Notes: generated by a model not told the origin, from the letters alone. Counted from the first letter of the stretch, positions 9,466 through 20,432 are shown. The stretch: DNA of 64,000 bases from Clostridia bacterium (GCA_051866635.1 JBJDXJ010000058.1:25873-89872), one strand, 5' to 3'. Translations and numbers: made by a program.

Positions 9466-12400
9466 TTATCTCTTTTGGGCAGGCACCGTAAGCTTAAAAG
9501 TTACTCCACCATCTTCGTTATAAACTACATCTTCAATATTTGCTTTGACTGTGCTATTGTTATTATTAACTCTTACAAATTCATCCCAATAGCTCATTAT
9601 GCGGACAGAATTGTTAAATTCTTCTGTGATGGGTGTAATTGTTACCACATAGCTTCCGTCATTGTTGTCAACACTTGACACGTTAAAGAATACATCACCT
9701 GTATATGCACCGTTTCCTTCTGTACGTGGGCTAAATGTGCCGTCGGACTTTAAGGTAAGTCGTATTCCTACCATGTTTACATATGCGTTCAACACATTAT
9801 AAAGTGCATCGTTACCTTTTAAGGAGTAATCCTTTACCTTTTCCATGTCGCTACCCGTCTTCATAAGACCTACCGCAACATGGTAAATACTTCTTGTTAC
9901 ACTTTGTGTACTGTAGATTGTTTTTTCTGTACCGTCTTCATACCTTACAGTAACGTAAGGCACAGCGGTATAATTACGGTTATAGTTATTCACTGCAATA
10001 TCTGTTATTGCTACAGAGAAGGTTTCATCATCCTGCCATGTGTCTGCTTTCGCTATTGCTTCCTTCAAGCTACCTTCGGCAGTGATTTTCATGCCGTAAC
10101 CTATAACTTCACCGTTGCCTACACTACTGCGGTCAACAGTTGCAACAAACCTTAATCCGTTTCCGGAGTTTATCTTTCCCTTTTCATCAACACCGCCACC
10201 GTAGCGTACCTGTGCACCGCCTACCATTGTCACATTAATATTGGCAGTTTCTATCACTTCTCCGCCTGTAACTGTTTGTAAGCCTGCATCAACGAATTTT
10301 GTTGTACCTTTCTCATCTGTTATATAATAACCAAGCACATTTTCAGGAAGGTAATATTCGCCCTTACCTGTATCTATACCTAAAACTATTTCGCCTTCAA
10401 CCTCAATCTCTTTGCCGTCAACAATAACTGTTACAGTCTTTGTATCTTTCGTTTCATATTCATTCACAATAACATCGGAAAATTCCGTTACACTGAAATG
10501 TGCCCAGTTTCCATTTTCAGAACATTCAAGATAAAAGGCTTGTGCTTCTCCACATTCAACCTTTTCGTGTCCGTCTTGGTAAAAATATTCCCTTGTTCCA
10601 TCTTGCTTTATGTGGATAATTTCCTCCGGGTACAGGCTGCCCACATAAAGTGAAACGCTCATAAGTTTTTCTTTGTTAAAGGCTGAATCTGAGATATCTA
10701 CAGTTTCTGCATTTACACCGTCACTTACCGTCATTTTAGGTGTAAGTGAAAATGTTATTGAAGTTCCTTCGCTTTCTTTGCCGCCTTCGGTATAATCCGT
10801 TACAGAAATGTTTACATCAACATCCATTTTCACAATGTTCTGAGTGCTCCAATCCTCCACATAGCCTGTGAGTACTTCGTCTATGGATTCCACTGTAAGT
10901 GCCTCGGACATACCTGAAACATTTGAAACACTTGCGGCATTTTCGCTGTAGATTTCAGCGTTAAAATTAGTAAAATCAACAGTTGAAGCCTTATCATTTA
11001 TTGTATAGCTGACTTCGCCCTCCTCTGTTACTGTTTTACCTGTCTGGGTCATGCGGTAAAGACAAACTTTACTTTCTCCGATATCGCATCCGGCATATGC
11101 TCCGCCATCCCCGCTGTAGTAAGCTTCTTCCAATATGGAGAAACCGCTTGTTCCGTCTATATTGTACATACGTAAATATCCGTTATCTGTATCAACCCAG
11201 CTTTCAGAGTAAACAGAAACAATACTTGCACTCTTATCCTCGTTTAATCCCAAACGGTAGCCGTACTTTGCATAGGCATCACCCATGAAGAATACGCCTT
11301 CTTGGTCTGCCAAAGAGGATACTTTGCCATCAAGGGTGCCCTGAAGTGAATAACGGAAATCACCATTGTCAAGATCACTGCACTCTGCGGCAAATTCTGC
11401 TGTGAACATAAATGCACCGTTATCGTCTGCATTTTTGTACTTAACGGTTCCGTCCTCCTGTATTGCAATCTCTACCGCAGGAAGAAGTGTAGTATCTCTC
11501 TTTCCGCCCTTTTCATCTTCACTTGGCACAGGGGATGCGGCAAAATATCTGCCGCCACGTTCTGACACAATAATATACTTATTGCCAGTAACTATCTCAT
11601 CTTCACTTTCTACTTTAGTAAATATGGGCATAGCCTTGTTACAGTAATCACAGATGTCGTCTCCGTTATCATCCTTTGCACCCAATGCAAGGATTATAAG
11701 GTCGTCTTTGTTGTACACTTCACTAAGACCTGTTTCGTCCAAATAGCATAAATCACACACATTACAGTACCAGTATTCCTTCATGCCATTTTTGATACAT
11801 GTAGGTGCAACATAGTCATAATGGACAAGTCCTGTTTTGTGGTTGCATTTTTCCTCGTATCTATATGCTTTTATGTGATTATCGTCCATAGTACAGCTTG
11901 TGGCAAAGTAGGGTTCACCATCGCCTGTTACAAGGCAGATATACGCCCCGCCCAATGTGTCATCATACATATAACCATACTCATATCGCCAATAAGTTGC
12001 ACTGTCCTTTATACTTGTAACACTAAGCGTGCCTTCTGTATTTTTCAGATAATTCTCACCGATTTTTATATATTGCGGTGTGTAATTCCAGCCGTCACTG
12101 CCTTTTATGGGCGTACCGTATTCAATTGCCAAAAATGTGGCTTGATCATCTGATGCATAATAAACATTTTCCATGGGGCTTGCAACTTCCACAGCACTCA
12201 TACCATTTCCGTTAGGTTCGCCCATGGCGTAAAACTTTCCGTCATATTCCGAAACGAAAATATGTCTGTAGCCGTCCCCTGTATTGCTGTATCCAAAGTA
12301 TGCATCTTCAATGGCTTTGTTGCAATAGATACATTTTCCGTCTGTGTAGCTGTGGCTTACGGTAGGAAGGAAAACATCCGATGGCTGAATTTCTGTCACA

Positions 12401-13383
12401 GTGTCACTTTCAAAATATCCACTGCACACATTGCAAAGGTAATATTCCCTGTTTCCCGTTTCGGTACAGGTAGGTGCCTTTTGTGCAACATAAGTAAGAT
12501 TATGTTCCGCAAGGGGAAGCGTTGTGTCCTCAAGTTTAATTTTTGTGGTTTTATCGCTCTTTAAGTAGCTTCCGCAGTTTGAACAAAAATAATATTCAAT
12601 ATTTCCTTTTTCTGTACAACTGCTGTTTTTCGGGGCAGTATATGTGAGGTACTCATCACCATGTTCACATACTTCCCTATATAAATAAGTTTTCACGGGC
12701 AAATTGTCTTCTGTCAAATCGGAATATGTCAGACTTTCATCTTCGGGCAAATCGATAAAGGAATCATTTATCATACCCCCTGAAAATACAGGTAAGCCAC
12801 CGTTATTTGCCTGATGGTGTATTCTTATATAGCCTGATGTTTCTTTCACAGTTCCCACATTTCTGCTTGTTTTAAAAAGAACTGTTCCGTCTTCTCTGAA
12901 AATAATCTGCCATCTTGAAATGTGGTTTGCCAAAATATTTACAAGGGGAAGGCTCTTTGAACTGAACGCATCATATCCGTATGTTGTTCCTCCGGAGCAA
13001 TATACCCCGTTTACATACATACTGTCGTCCGTCACAAATTTATACCCCCCATCACTCACTAACTTGAAGGTGAGAGGCGTATTTTCACTGTTTGAAACGC
13101 TTAGTGTTCCGTCTTCATTTTCAGTAAGTGCCATGGCACAGCGGTAACCTGACAAAAGCTCTACCGAAGTGTATTCATAATCCGCCATTGTATAGTAAAC
13201 TGCTTCGTCCTTTTCATAACCGCCGGGGCAACCTACAATGATGTAATTTGAATATCCCGAAAGCTCATCTGTGCTTGTTACGCGTTCAAACCGCACTTTA
13301 GTGCTATAGGCAAATACCGGCATGCACGGCATAAGCGAAAGGATCATCACAAAAGCTATACATACGCAAAGAAGTTTTTTCAT
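9466..13383 (-). CDS. Large secreted modular protein (1305 aa) with Cys/His 'APTC..G..EYY.C..C' repeats and a conserved C-terminal domain
   Basis: Signal peptide; three Cys-rich repeats; C-terminal ~250 aa homologous to the C-terminus of 41371..47865. Confidence 0.85.
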   Translation of the reverse strand: MKKLLCVCIAFVMILSLMPCMPVFAYSTKVRFERVTSTDELSGYSNYIIVGCPGGYEKDEAVYYTMADYEYTSVELLSGYRCAMALTENEDGTLSVSNSENTPLTFKLVSDGGYKFVTDDSMYVNGVYCSGGTTYGYDAFSSKSLPLVNILANHISRWQIIFREDGTVLFKTSRNVGTVKETSGYIRIHHQANNGGLPVFSGGMINDSFIDLPEDESLTYSDLTEDNLPVKTYLYREVCEHGDEYLTYTAPKNSSCTEKGNIEYYFCSNCGSYLKSDKTTKIKLEDTTLPLAEHNLTYVAQKAPTCTETGNREYYLCNVCSGYFESDTVTEIQPSDVFLPTVSHSYTDGKCIYCNKAIEDAYFGYSNTGDGYRHIFVSEYDGKFYAMGEPNGNGMSAVEVASPMENVYYASDDQATFLAIEYGTPIKGSDGWNYTPQYIKIGENYLKNTEGTLSVTSIKDSATYWRYEYGYMYDDTLGGAYICLVTGDGEPYFATSCTMDDNHIKAYRYEEKCNHKTGLVHYDYVAPTCIKNGMKEYWYCNVCDLCYLDETGLSEVYNKDDLIILALGAKDDNGDDICDYCNKAMPIFTKVESEDEIVTGNKYIIVSERGGRYFAASPVPSEDEKGGKRDTTLLPAVEIAIQEDGTVKYKNADDNGAFMFTAEFAAECSDLDNGDFRYSLQGTLDGKVSSLADQEGVFFMGDAYAKYGYRLGLNEDKSASIVSVYSESWVDTDNGYLRMYNIDGTSGFSILEEAYYSGDGGAYAGCDIGESKVCLYRMTQTGKTVTEEGEVSYTINDKASTVDFTNFNAEIYSENAASVSNVSGMSEALTVESIDEVLTGYVEDWSTQNIVKMDVDVNISVTDYTEGGKESEGTSITFSLTPKMTVSDGVNAETVDISDSAFNKEKLMSVSLYVGSLYPEEIIHIKQDGTREYFYQDGHEKVECGEAQAFYLECSENGNWAHFSVTEFSDVIVNEYETKDTKTVTVIVDGKEIEVEGEIVLGIDTGKGEYYLPENVLGYYITDEKGTTKFVDAGLQTVTGGEVIETANINVTMVGGAQVRYGGGVDEKGKINSGNGLRFVATVDRSSVGNGEVIGYGMKITAEGSLKEAIAKADTWQDDETFSVAITDIAVNNYNRNYTAVPYVTVRYEDGTEKTIYSTQSVTRSIYHVAVGLMKTGSDMEKVKDYSLKGNDALYNVLNAYVNMVGIRLTLKSDGTFSPRTEGNGAYTGDVFFNVSSVDNNDGSYVVTITPITEEFNNSVRIMSYWDEFVRVNNNNSTVKANIEDVVYNEDGGVTFKLTVPAQKR

Positions 13384-13520
13384 TTTTCTTTTCCCCCTTA
13401 ATTTTTAATTGTCGTTGACTGAGATAATCTTACATGATACAATTATCTACGAGATAACTTCTTCTCTACTTTATAATAAGCTAAATTTATCCTTTTGTCC
13501 CCCTCCCAAATGAAAAAACA

Positions 13521-13573
13521 AGGATGGGAAAGCATGTTTTTTATAAAAAAAGGATGGGAAAAAGTATGGGAAG
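13521..13573. promoter_or_regulatory. Direct repeats (AGG)ATGGGAA, candidate LuxR-family operator
   Basis: AGGATGGGAA at 13521 and 13551 and TATGGGAAG at about 13565, between the divergent exoprotein and LuxR genes. Confidence 0.5.
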
Positions 13574-13588
13574 TTTAAATAGTGATTT

Positions 13589-14680
13589 ATGCAGAATGGA
13601 GATTATTATATGAAAAACCTGCGTATGGGATATATACCTATTATTGTTTTACTTTTTTCTTTAACCGCTTGCGGTCCTGTGGGGGACAAAGCTACAAGTC
13701 TTTCCATGATTTATTTGTCAACGGCAATCATTTCTGTATTACTGCTGTCATGTTACATATGCCTTGTGAAAAAAAAGGAAGCTATGTTCATCCTTCTTTT
13801 TTCGTTGGTTTCAGTTATAAATATAGGGTATTTTGCCCTTTCAGTATCTAAAACCTTAAACGGAGCATTAATTGCCAACAGGATTGCATATTTCGGTTCT
13901 GTTTTTCTGCCCGTTTCCATGATTATAATTATATCAAATGTTTGCAAGATGAACTTTAAAAAACATGTTTATGCCATAATGTTTGCATTTAGCACGGTGA
14001 TTTTCTTAATCGCCGCAAGTCCGGGCTTTCTTGACATTTATTATAAAGAGGTAAGCATTGAATTTGTAAATGGGGTTACCATGTTGACTAAAGTTTACGG
14101 ACCGCTTCATTTCGTGTATCTTATTTATCTCTTTGTATGCTTCTGCTTTATGATTGGTATAATAACTTATGCTTCAGTAAAAAAACTCATTACCTCAAAC
14201 AAGCACGCCGCCGTTCTTCTGGTAGCCGTACTTGTAAATATAGGTGTTTGGCTTTTTGAACAGCTTGTTGATTTGGATTTTGAATTTCTTTCTATTTCGT
14301 ACATTACTACAGAGCTGTTCCTTATAAGTTTGTATCTTATAATTCAGGACTACGGGATGCTTTCACAATCTCCCATAGCCTCTCCTGATTTCCAAGGTGA
14401 AAAAATTCAAAAGGAAGCTGAAAGCTTGGTTGAAAACAATCTATTCTATGAAAAGTGTTCCTACATTCTTGACAATCTTTCATCATTAACGCCTACTGAG
14501 CGAAAAATTTATGATTATTACTGTATGGGAAAAACAACAAAGGAAGTTATGGAAATCTTAAGCATTAAGGAAACCACCTTAAAATATCACAACAGAAATA
14601 TTTACGGCAAATTGGGCGTATCCTCACGAAAGCAATTAATGCAATACGTAAATATAATGAGAAAACAGAATAAGGGTTAA
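13589..14680 (+). CDS. Membrane-anchored LuxR-family regulator (7TM sensor + C-terminal LuxR HTH)
   Basis: About 7 TM segments of HisKA_7TM type; C-terminal 'LTPTERKIY..GKTTKEVMEILSIKETTLKYHNRNIYGKLGVSSR'. True start may be a few codons downstream. Confidence 0.85.
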   Translation: MQNGDYYMKNLRMGYIPIIVLLFSLTACGPVGDKATSLSMIYLSTAIISVLLLSCYICLVKKKEAMFILLFSLVSVINIGYFALSVSKTLNGALIANRIAYFGSVFLPVSMIIIISNVCKMNFKKHVYAIMFAFSTVIFLIAASPGFLDIYYKEVSIEFVNGVTMLTKVYGPLHFVYLIYLFVCFCFMIGIITYASVKKLITSNKHAAVLLVAVLVNIGVWLFEQLVDLDFEFLSISYITTELFLISLYLIIQDYGMLSQSPIASPDFQGEKIQKEAESLVENNLFYEKCSYILDNLSSLTPTERKIYDYYCMGKTTKEVMEILSIKETTLKYHNRNIYGKLGVSSRKQLMQYVNIMRKQNKG

Positions 14681-14682
14681 AA

Positions 14683-14728
14683 CAAAAACGTGCAACGATA
14701 AATCTTTTATTTATCGTTGCACGTTTTT
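14683..14728. terminator. Bidirectional terminator
   Basis: AAAAACGTGCAACGATAAA...TTTATCGTTGCACGTTTTT between convergent genes. Confidence 0.8.
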
Positions 14729-14743
14729 CTGTTTTAAGTTTTG

Positions 14744-16966
14744 TTATTTATTCGGGGTACGCCTCGCCTTAAAGAAGTTAAGCCTTAAAGCATTCATTAC
14801 AACGCAAAAACTTGACAAACTCATTGCCGCCGCACCGAACATGGGGCTTAATGTCAAACCAAAGAGAGGGATATATACACCTGCCGCCAAGGGTATACCT
14901 ATAACATTATAGAAAAACGCCCAGAACAGGTTTTCGTGAATATTTTTAAGTGTCCTTCTGCTCAATTTTATTGCTGTTACCACATCAAGAAGGCTTGATT
15001 TCATCAACACCACATCTGCCGCATCAATGGCAATGTCCACCCCTGCACCTATGGCAACAGATGTGTCAGCACAGGTTAATGCAGGGGCATCGTTAATACC
15101 GTCCCCAACCATCATAACCTTGCCCTTTTTCTTCATTTCCGAAACAATCTTCGCCTTATCCTCAGGAAGGGTGTCTGCATAAACCATGTCAACATCTGCC
15201 TTTTGAGCAATGGCCTTAGCCGTCAGCTCATTATCACCTGTAAGCATAACGGTGGTAATGCCCATTTCTTTAAGCTCTTCTACAGCTTCTGCACTGTCAG
15301 CTTTTATTTTGTCACTTACTGCAATAATGCCCAAAAATTTACTTTCCGTCGCAAAAAGAAGCGGTGTTTTGCCTTCATCGGCAAATTTTTTCACTTCATG
15401 CTCCATCTTTTCATCAAGTGACACAACACTCTCTATAAAGGCTTTATTACCGCCATATATAGATTTTCCGAAAATCTTGCCTTTTAAACCGTTACCGGGA
15501 AGTGCATTAAATTCCTCCGTTTCAAAAGCCTCCATATTTTCCTTTTCCGCAATTTCAACAACAGCCTTTGCCAAAGGATGCTCGCTCTTTTTTTCCAAGG
15601 AATAGGCTAACTTTAGCAGCTCCTTTTCTTCACAGCAAAAGGGGACAACATCCGTTACCGAAGGCTTACCTTCTGTAATGGTGCCTGTTTTATCCAAAAT
15701 GACAATTTTGCTCTCCCCTGCCTTTTCCAAGGCTTCTGCCGTTTTAAAAAGAACACCGTTTTTTGCTCCCACACCGCTTCCCACCATAATTGCAACAGGT
15801 GTGGCAAGCCCTAATGCACAGGGACAGCTTATAACAAGGACGGAAATTGCCCTTGCCAAAGCATAGCCCACACTTTGACCTACCAAAAGCCATACTATAA
15901 ACGTAACTAACGAAATTCCCATAACAGTGGGAACAAAGACCCCTGAAACCTTATCTGCCACTTTCGCAATAGGTGCCTTTGTAGCGGCAGAATCTGTCAC
16001 CATTTTAATAATTTGGGAAAGAGTTGTATCTTCCCCCACTCTTGTGGCTTCGCACTTTAAAAAGCCCGACTGATTTATTGTAGCACCGCTTACACTGCTT
16101 CCCGCAGCTTTGTCAACAGGTACGCTTTCACCTGTTAACATTGACTCGTCAACTGCACTTTCCCCTTCTATAACAACTCCGTCAACGGGGATGCTTTCAC
16201 CGGGACGAACCACAAAAATATCCCCGATTTTCACATCGGAAATATCAACAACCTCTTCTGCACCGTTTCTTATAACCGTGGCACTTTTTGCCTTAAGCTC
16301 CATAAGGCTCTTTATGGCGTTTGTGGTTTTACCCTTTGAATATGCCTCAAGCATTTTACCCATTGTTATAAGGGTTAAAATCATCCCGGCGGACTCAAAA
16401 TAAAACTCTCCCATTAAACCTTCGGGATTGTCGCTTACAGTCATCATAAAAAGGGCAACAGTGCTGTAAACAAAACTTGCCGCCGCACCTAAGGAAACGA
16501 GTGTGTCCATGTTTGGGCTTTTATGAATAATCCCTTTAAATCCGCTTATAAAAAACCTTTGGTTTATCACCATTATAATTGCCGAAAGCAAAAGCTGTAT
16601 AAGCCCCATAGCCACATAATTTCCGTGGAAAAAGGTTGGGTACGGCACACCCCACATATGACCCATTGAAAAATACATAAGCCCAAGAAGAAATACAAGC
16701 GATACTAAAAGCCTGTTTCTGAGCTTTTTTACAGCGTCATCCTCCCCTTGCTCCTTTTTCGCTCCGGTATTTTCCCCTTCTATTCCGTAGCCTGCCTTTT
16801 TCACAGCTTTAATTATTTTTTCACTTGGTGCATTTCCTTCCACTATCATTGAATTTGTAAGCAGATTAACACTGCAACTTGTAACGCCCTTTACAGCACT
16901 TACTGCCTTTTCCACTCTCGCACTGCAGGCGGCACAGCTCATGCCTGTTATATTATATTTTTCCAC
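14744..16966 (-). CDS. copA: Copper-translocating P1B-type ATPase
   Basis: GMSCAAC HMA domain, TGES, CPCAL, DKTGT, GDGIND, YN and MSLSS. Confidence 0.93.
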   Translation of the reverse strand: MEKYNITGMSCAACSARVEKAVSAVKGVTSCSVNLLTNSMIVEGNAPSEKIIKAVKKAGYGIEGENTGAKKEQGEDDAVKKLRNRLLVSLVFLLGLMYFSMGHMWGVPYPTFFHGNYVAMGLIQLLLSAIIMVINQRFFISGFKGIIHKSPNMDTLVSLGAAASFVYSTVALFMMTVSDNPEGLMGEFYFESAGMILTLITMGKMLEAYSKGKTTNAIKSLMELKAKSATVIRNGAEEVVDISDVKIGDIFVVRPGESIPVDGVVIEGESAVDESMLTGESVPVDKAAGSSVSGATINQSGFLKCEATRVGEDTTLSQIIKMVTDSAATKAPIAKVADKVSGVFVPTVMGISLVTFIVWLLVGQSVGYALARAISVLVISCPCALGLATPVAIMVGSGVGAKNGVLFKTAEALEKAGESKIVILDKTGTITEGKPSVTDVVPFCCEEKELLKLAYSLEKKSEHPLAKAVVEIAEKENMEAFETEEFNALPGNGLKGKIFGKSIYGGNKAFIESVVSLDEKMEHEVKKFADEGKTPLLFATESKFLGIIAVSDKIKADSAEAVEELKEMGITTVMLTGDNELTAKAIAQKADVDMVYADTLPEDKAKIVSEMKKKGKVMMVGDGINDAPALTCADTSVAIGAGVDIAIDAADVVLMKSSLLDVVTAIKLSRRTLKNIHENLFWAFFYNVIGIPLAAGVYIPLFGLTLSPMFGAAAMSLSSFCVVMNALRLNFFKARRTPNK

Positions 16967-16970
16967 ACTA

Positions 16971-17258
16971 TCACCTCATTAATTTCTGCAACAAACACAC
17001 AAGTTCATCTATCGTTTCGTCTTTTCCCTCTCTTATATCATTTGCAACACAAGTTTTTATATGCTCGCCTAAAAGCTCTTTGTTAAAAGAGTTAAGTGCC
17101 GCCTGTGCCGCAGACACCTGTGTTAATATATCCACACAGTAGGCATCATTTTGAACCATGCCTCGAATACCTCTTATCTGCCCTTCAATACGGTTTAAGC
17201 GGTTAATCAGTGCCTTGTATTCTTTTTCACCACGTTTTTTTGTTTTACAGCATTCCAT
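16971..17258 (-). CDS. csoR: CsoR-family copper-sensing repressor
   Basis: '[28 protein letters not shown]'. Start moved to the ATG at 17258, which follows RBS GGAGG. Confidence 0.9.
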   Translation of the reverse strand: MECCKTKKRGEKEYKALINRLNRIEGQIRGIRGMVQNDAYCVDILTQVSAAQAALNSFNKELLGEHIKTCVANDIREGKDETIDELVCLLQKLMR

Positions 17259-17270
17259 TTCATCGCCTCC

Positions 17271-17291
17271 ATATACCCCATGGGGGTATAT
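17271..17291. promoter_or_regulatory. CsoR operator
   Basis: Palindrome ATATACCCCATGGGGGTATAT (TACC..GGTA with G/C tracts) immediately upstream of csoR. Confidence 0.85.
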
Positions 17292-17461
17292 TAAAGATAT
17301 CACAAAACTCTCGTATTGTCAACAGTAAATACTTCCTGCGTTTTATAATTTAAAAGTAGAAAAATATGTAAAAACATGTTGTATTTTGCTCTATGCTATG
17401 ATATACTCACAATGGGATTACAATTTTCTAAGGATTACACATAAAAAGGAAGGAAAACAAA

Positions 17462-18355
17462 ATGAAAAAATTTCTTTTAATCTTTATGACATTGTTATTG
17501 GCATTTTCTATGTCTGCTTGCGGTCATACTCACACATGGAACGAAGCAACTTGTACAGTGCCGAAGACTTGTCCTGAATGTGGTGAAACGGAGGGTGAAG
17601 CCACGGGGCATTTATGGGTTGAGGCAACTTGTACAGACCCTAAAACCTGTTCAATATGTGGTGAAACAGAAGGTGTAGCCACAGGGCATTCATGGGTCGA
17701 AGCAACTTGCACAGTTCCAAAGACTTGTTCAATATGCGGCGAAACAAAGGGTATGCGAAAAGAACATTCGGTTTCTAATTGGGAAACAGTTAAAGTTGCA
17801 ACCTGTTCGGAAAAAGGTGAGGAATCAGGAGTGTGCACAGTGTGCGGAGAAGTGCTTACACAGTCCATTGACAAATTGGAGCATACACCAGGCGAATGGG
17901 AAGTTACTAAAAATGCGACCGAGTCTTCTCCCGGCAAAAAGACACAAAGTTGCAAGGTGTGCGGAAAGGTAGTATCAACGGAGATCTTCAATCTGACTCC
18001 GGAGGAAATTGAGCAGCAGTATAAAGAATCTTGTGTCAAGTATGATTACAAGACTATCGCAAGAGATCCTGACAAGTATATGTTTACTTATGGGAAATAT
18101 ACCGGCAAGGTTGTTCAGGTATTAGAGGATGGAAATGATATTCAGTTAAGAGTTAACATAACAAGGGGAAGTTACGGCTATTATTCAGATACAATATATG
18201 TAATGTATACTAAAAAATCTGGTGAATCAAGAATTTTAGAGGATGATATTATAACACTCTACGGTATGAATATGGGAACAATATCATATGAATCTGTCTT
18301 AGGTTCCACTATTACAATCCCCTGTGTATATGCAAAGTATATCGATCTCAAATAA
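17462..18355 (+). CDS. Lipoprotein with tandem 22-aa Cys/His (EATC) repeats and a C-terminal OB-fold-like region
   Basis: Lipobox 'MSAC'; repeats 'H.W.EATCT.PKTC..CGET.G...G'; 'YKTIARDPDKY..GKVVQV' domain. Confidence 0.8.
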   Translation: MKKFLLIFMTLLLAFSMSACGHTHTWNEATCTVPKTCPECGETEGEATGHLWVEATCTDPKTCSICGETEGVATGHSWVEATCTVPKTCSICGETKGMRKEHSVSNWETVKVATCSEKGEESGVCTVCGEVLTQSIDKLEHTPGEWEVTKNATESSPGKKTQSCKVCGKVVSTEIFNLTPEEIEQQYKESCVKYDYKTIARDPDKYMFTYGKYTGKVVQVLEDGNDIQLRVNITRGSYGYYSDTIYVMYTKKSGESRILEDDIITLYGMNMGTISYESVLGSTITIPCVYAKYIDLK

Positions 18356-18601
18356 CTTTGTTTAAAATAATTCTATCGCAGAGCCTGAATATTTAATAAT
18401 GACCGTTTACCGTTTTTTCGGCAGACGGTCTATTTTTATAGTCTAGGGAGAAATTCCGTCGTAACTTTAAAAAACGCAACGGGAATTAGTGCAAATGGTA
18501 TTTGCTAAGGGGTTTTTATGTTTATACAAAAAGAAGCTCCCAATTTAGGGAAGTTCTCTTATCTTTTTTTAGCGGTTATTTTGCTACAAAACTTAAATTT
18601 A

Positions 18602-19390
18602 TCATTTTTTCACTTTTAATTCAGCAATGGCACCGTAATGTAAAACATCAAATTCCCGGGGAGCAATTTCGGCAAGCAATTTTATATGCTCCTGTTCCCA
18701 TAAAGAAATTTCCCTTTCCGTAAGCGATGCCCCCACGCCTCGGCAGGCTTTCATTCTTCCGTTCCAGCTTTCAGGGGTAAAATGCACCTTCAAAGGATAC
18801 TCCTGGTGATAAACAGTTTCAAACTTTTCTTTATAGCAGTCGGGTATAAATATCGGATGCACGGTTTCTCCCCTGCCGCTCCACTCAGGGCTGTATTTTA
18901 ACACGAGCTTTTCGCTTTCCCCTGCAATCTCATCTTCAAAGGGAAGCCAAGCCATATACAAAATAAGAATACGTCCGCAAGGCTTCAGCATACGAAAAAA
19001 ATCGGTTTTAACCTTCTCGTGGTTAAAATACCAAAAGCACTGGCACGCAGTGATTACATCAAATGAATTTTCTGAAAAATCAAGATTTTCCGTTGCCATT
19101 GTATAATAATCAATATCCATACCCTTTGATAAAGCTTTCGCCTGCTCAATCTGATTTATGGATATATCCGTACCTGTCCACTTGGCACCGTAACGGTACA
19201 TATTCCTTGGAAGAACTCCCGTTCCTGTTCCCACATCAAGGACGCTTTGCCCCTTTATACATAATTGACGCTTTATAATTTTATCATAAAATTCCTGAGG
19301 ATAAATGTCACGGAATTTTGCATAATCATTTGAGGTTTTGCCCCAGTCAAAGGCTTTTCCTCCGTCTATGTTTTTGTCTTTTATATTCAT
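18602..19390 (-). CDS. Class I SAM-dependent methyltransferase
   Basis: 'VLDVGTGTG' motif I and 'FDVITACQCFWYF'. Confidence 0.9.
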   Translation of the reverse strand: MNIKDKNIDGGKAFDWGKTSNDYAKFRDIYPQEFYDKIIKRQLCIKGQSVLDVGTGTGVLPRNMYRYGAKWTGTDISINQIEQAKALSKGMDIDYYTMATENLDFSENSFDVITACQCFWYFNHEKVKTDFFRMLKPCGRILILYMAWLPFEDEIAGESEKLVLKYSPEWSGRGETVHPIFIPDCYKEKFETVYHQEYPLKVHFTPESWNGRMKACRGVGASLTEREISLWEQEHIKLLAEIAPREFDVLHYGAIAELKVKK

Positions 19391-19467
19391 GTTTTACTCT
19401 CCGAAATTTATAAAACCGTAATGGAAATATCAGCCTATAAGCCGCATCAATCCAATGGGATATTATG

Positions 19468-20223
19468 TCAGGATTTTACAAACAAAATGTTATTTACCTT
19501 TTCGGTAACATATATTTCCCTATCGGTTACCGATAAATCATAGCTGTCTGTAATCTCTTTATCATGCCTTTTCAGCACCTCTTCAAAGCCATATGCCGTA
19601 TCTTTTTTCTTAGGGAAACGTATTTTGCTCATAAAGCAATCAGCTACTGTCATTCCTGCTTTGCCGCATATGTCCTGCCACTCATTTTTTGTGTAAAACT
19701 TAATGTGCCCGTCCTTTTTAAGTTGCATATATTCATCAATAAATCTGCTGTTATCACATTCATTGGGGCAGGGATCGGATATAAAGAAATATCCGCCTTT
19801 CTTTAATACTCTCCCCACTTCACCTATGCTGTGCTCTATATCAGGGAAATGGTGAAGTGCATATCTTGTGATAACCATATCGAAGCTGTCCCTTTCAAAA
19901 GGAAAATCAATTCCGTCATAACATACAAAGCTTAAATTGTTTAAATTTTCCCTACAAGCCCTTGCACGATTTGCTTGAAGCACTTTTTTTACAATGTCCA
20001 AGCCCACAACCTCACAGCTGTTATTTTCCTTTGCTATGGGAAAGGACATATATCCGCTTCCAACTCCCAAATCAAGAATTTTCATATTCTGCTTTATTGG
20101 CAAAAGTTTAATTATATTTTCCAAATGCTCATTATCCTGCGTTTGCCTATTATAAAATTCAATAGAAGAAAAACTTTCCTCAAAGCCTTCCATGGAAGAT
20201 TTAATGCTTTCTCGTATATCCAT
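19468..20223 (-). CDS. Class I SAM-dependent methyltransferase (UbiE-like)
   Basis: 'ILDLGVGSG', 'FDMVITRYALHHFPD' and 'RVLKKGG'. Confidence 0.9.
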   Translation of the reverse strand: MDIRESIKSSMEGFEESFSSIEFYNRQTQDNEHLENIIKLLPIKQNMKILDLGVGSGYMSFPIAKENNSCEVVGLDIVKKVLQANRARACRENLNNLSFVCYDGIDFPFERDSFDMVITRYALHHFPDIEHSIGEVGRVLKKGGYFFISDPCPNECDNSRFIDEYMQLKKDGHIKFYTKNEWQDICGKAGMTVADCFMSKIRFPKKKDTAYGFEEVLKRHDKEITDSYDLSVTDREIYVTEKVNNILFVKS

Positions 20224-20371
20224 ATTTATTATCTCCGATATTTCTGTTTCATGGCTTTATTACCCTGTGTTTTAAAATTTTCCCATGTGTTCAGTATAAC
20301 ATCTTAAGCCCTGTTCGTCAATATTTGCCAAAGGGAGCAGTTTTTAAGGATGAAAATACAAAGTTGAAGTA

Positions 20372-20420
20372 TTGACATTGTAAGCAATATAAGCTATAAT
20401 GCAAGTAACCACTTGCATTA
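20372..20420 (+). promoter_or_regulatory. Sigma-A promoter overlapped by a TetR operator
   Basis: TTGACA-17-TATAAT (20372-20400); palindrome TAATGCAAGTaaccACTTGCATTA (20397-20420). Confidence 0.8.
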
Positions 20421-20432
20421 TAGGAGAAAATT

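Noticed and set aside
17527-17760. 66-bp periodic repeats resembling a CRISPR period
   Set aside because: They are in-frame coding repeats with synonymous variation, there are no unique spacers, and no cas genes are in the window.
18395-18560. Hairpins after the lipoprotein gene as a riboswitch
   Set aside because: They lie between convergent genes and lack aptamer consensus; best explained as terminators.
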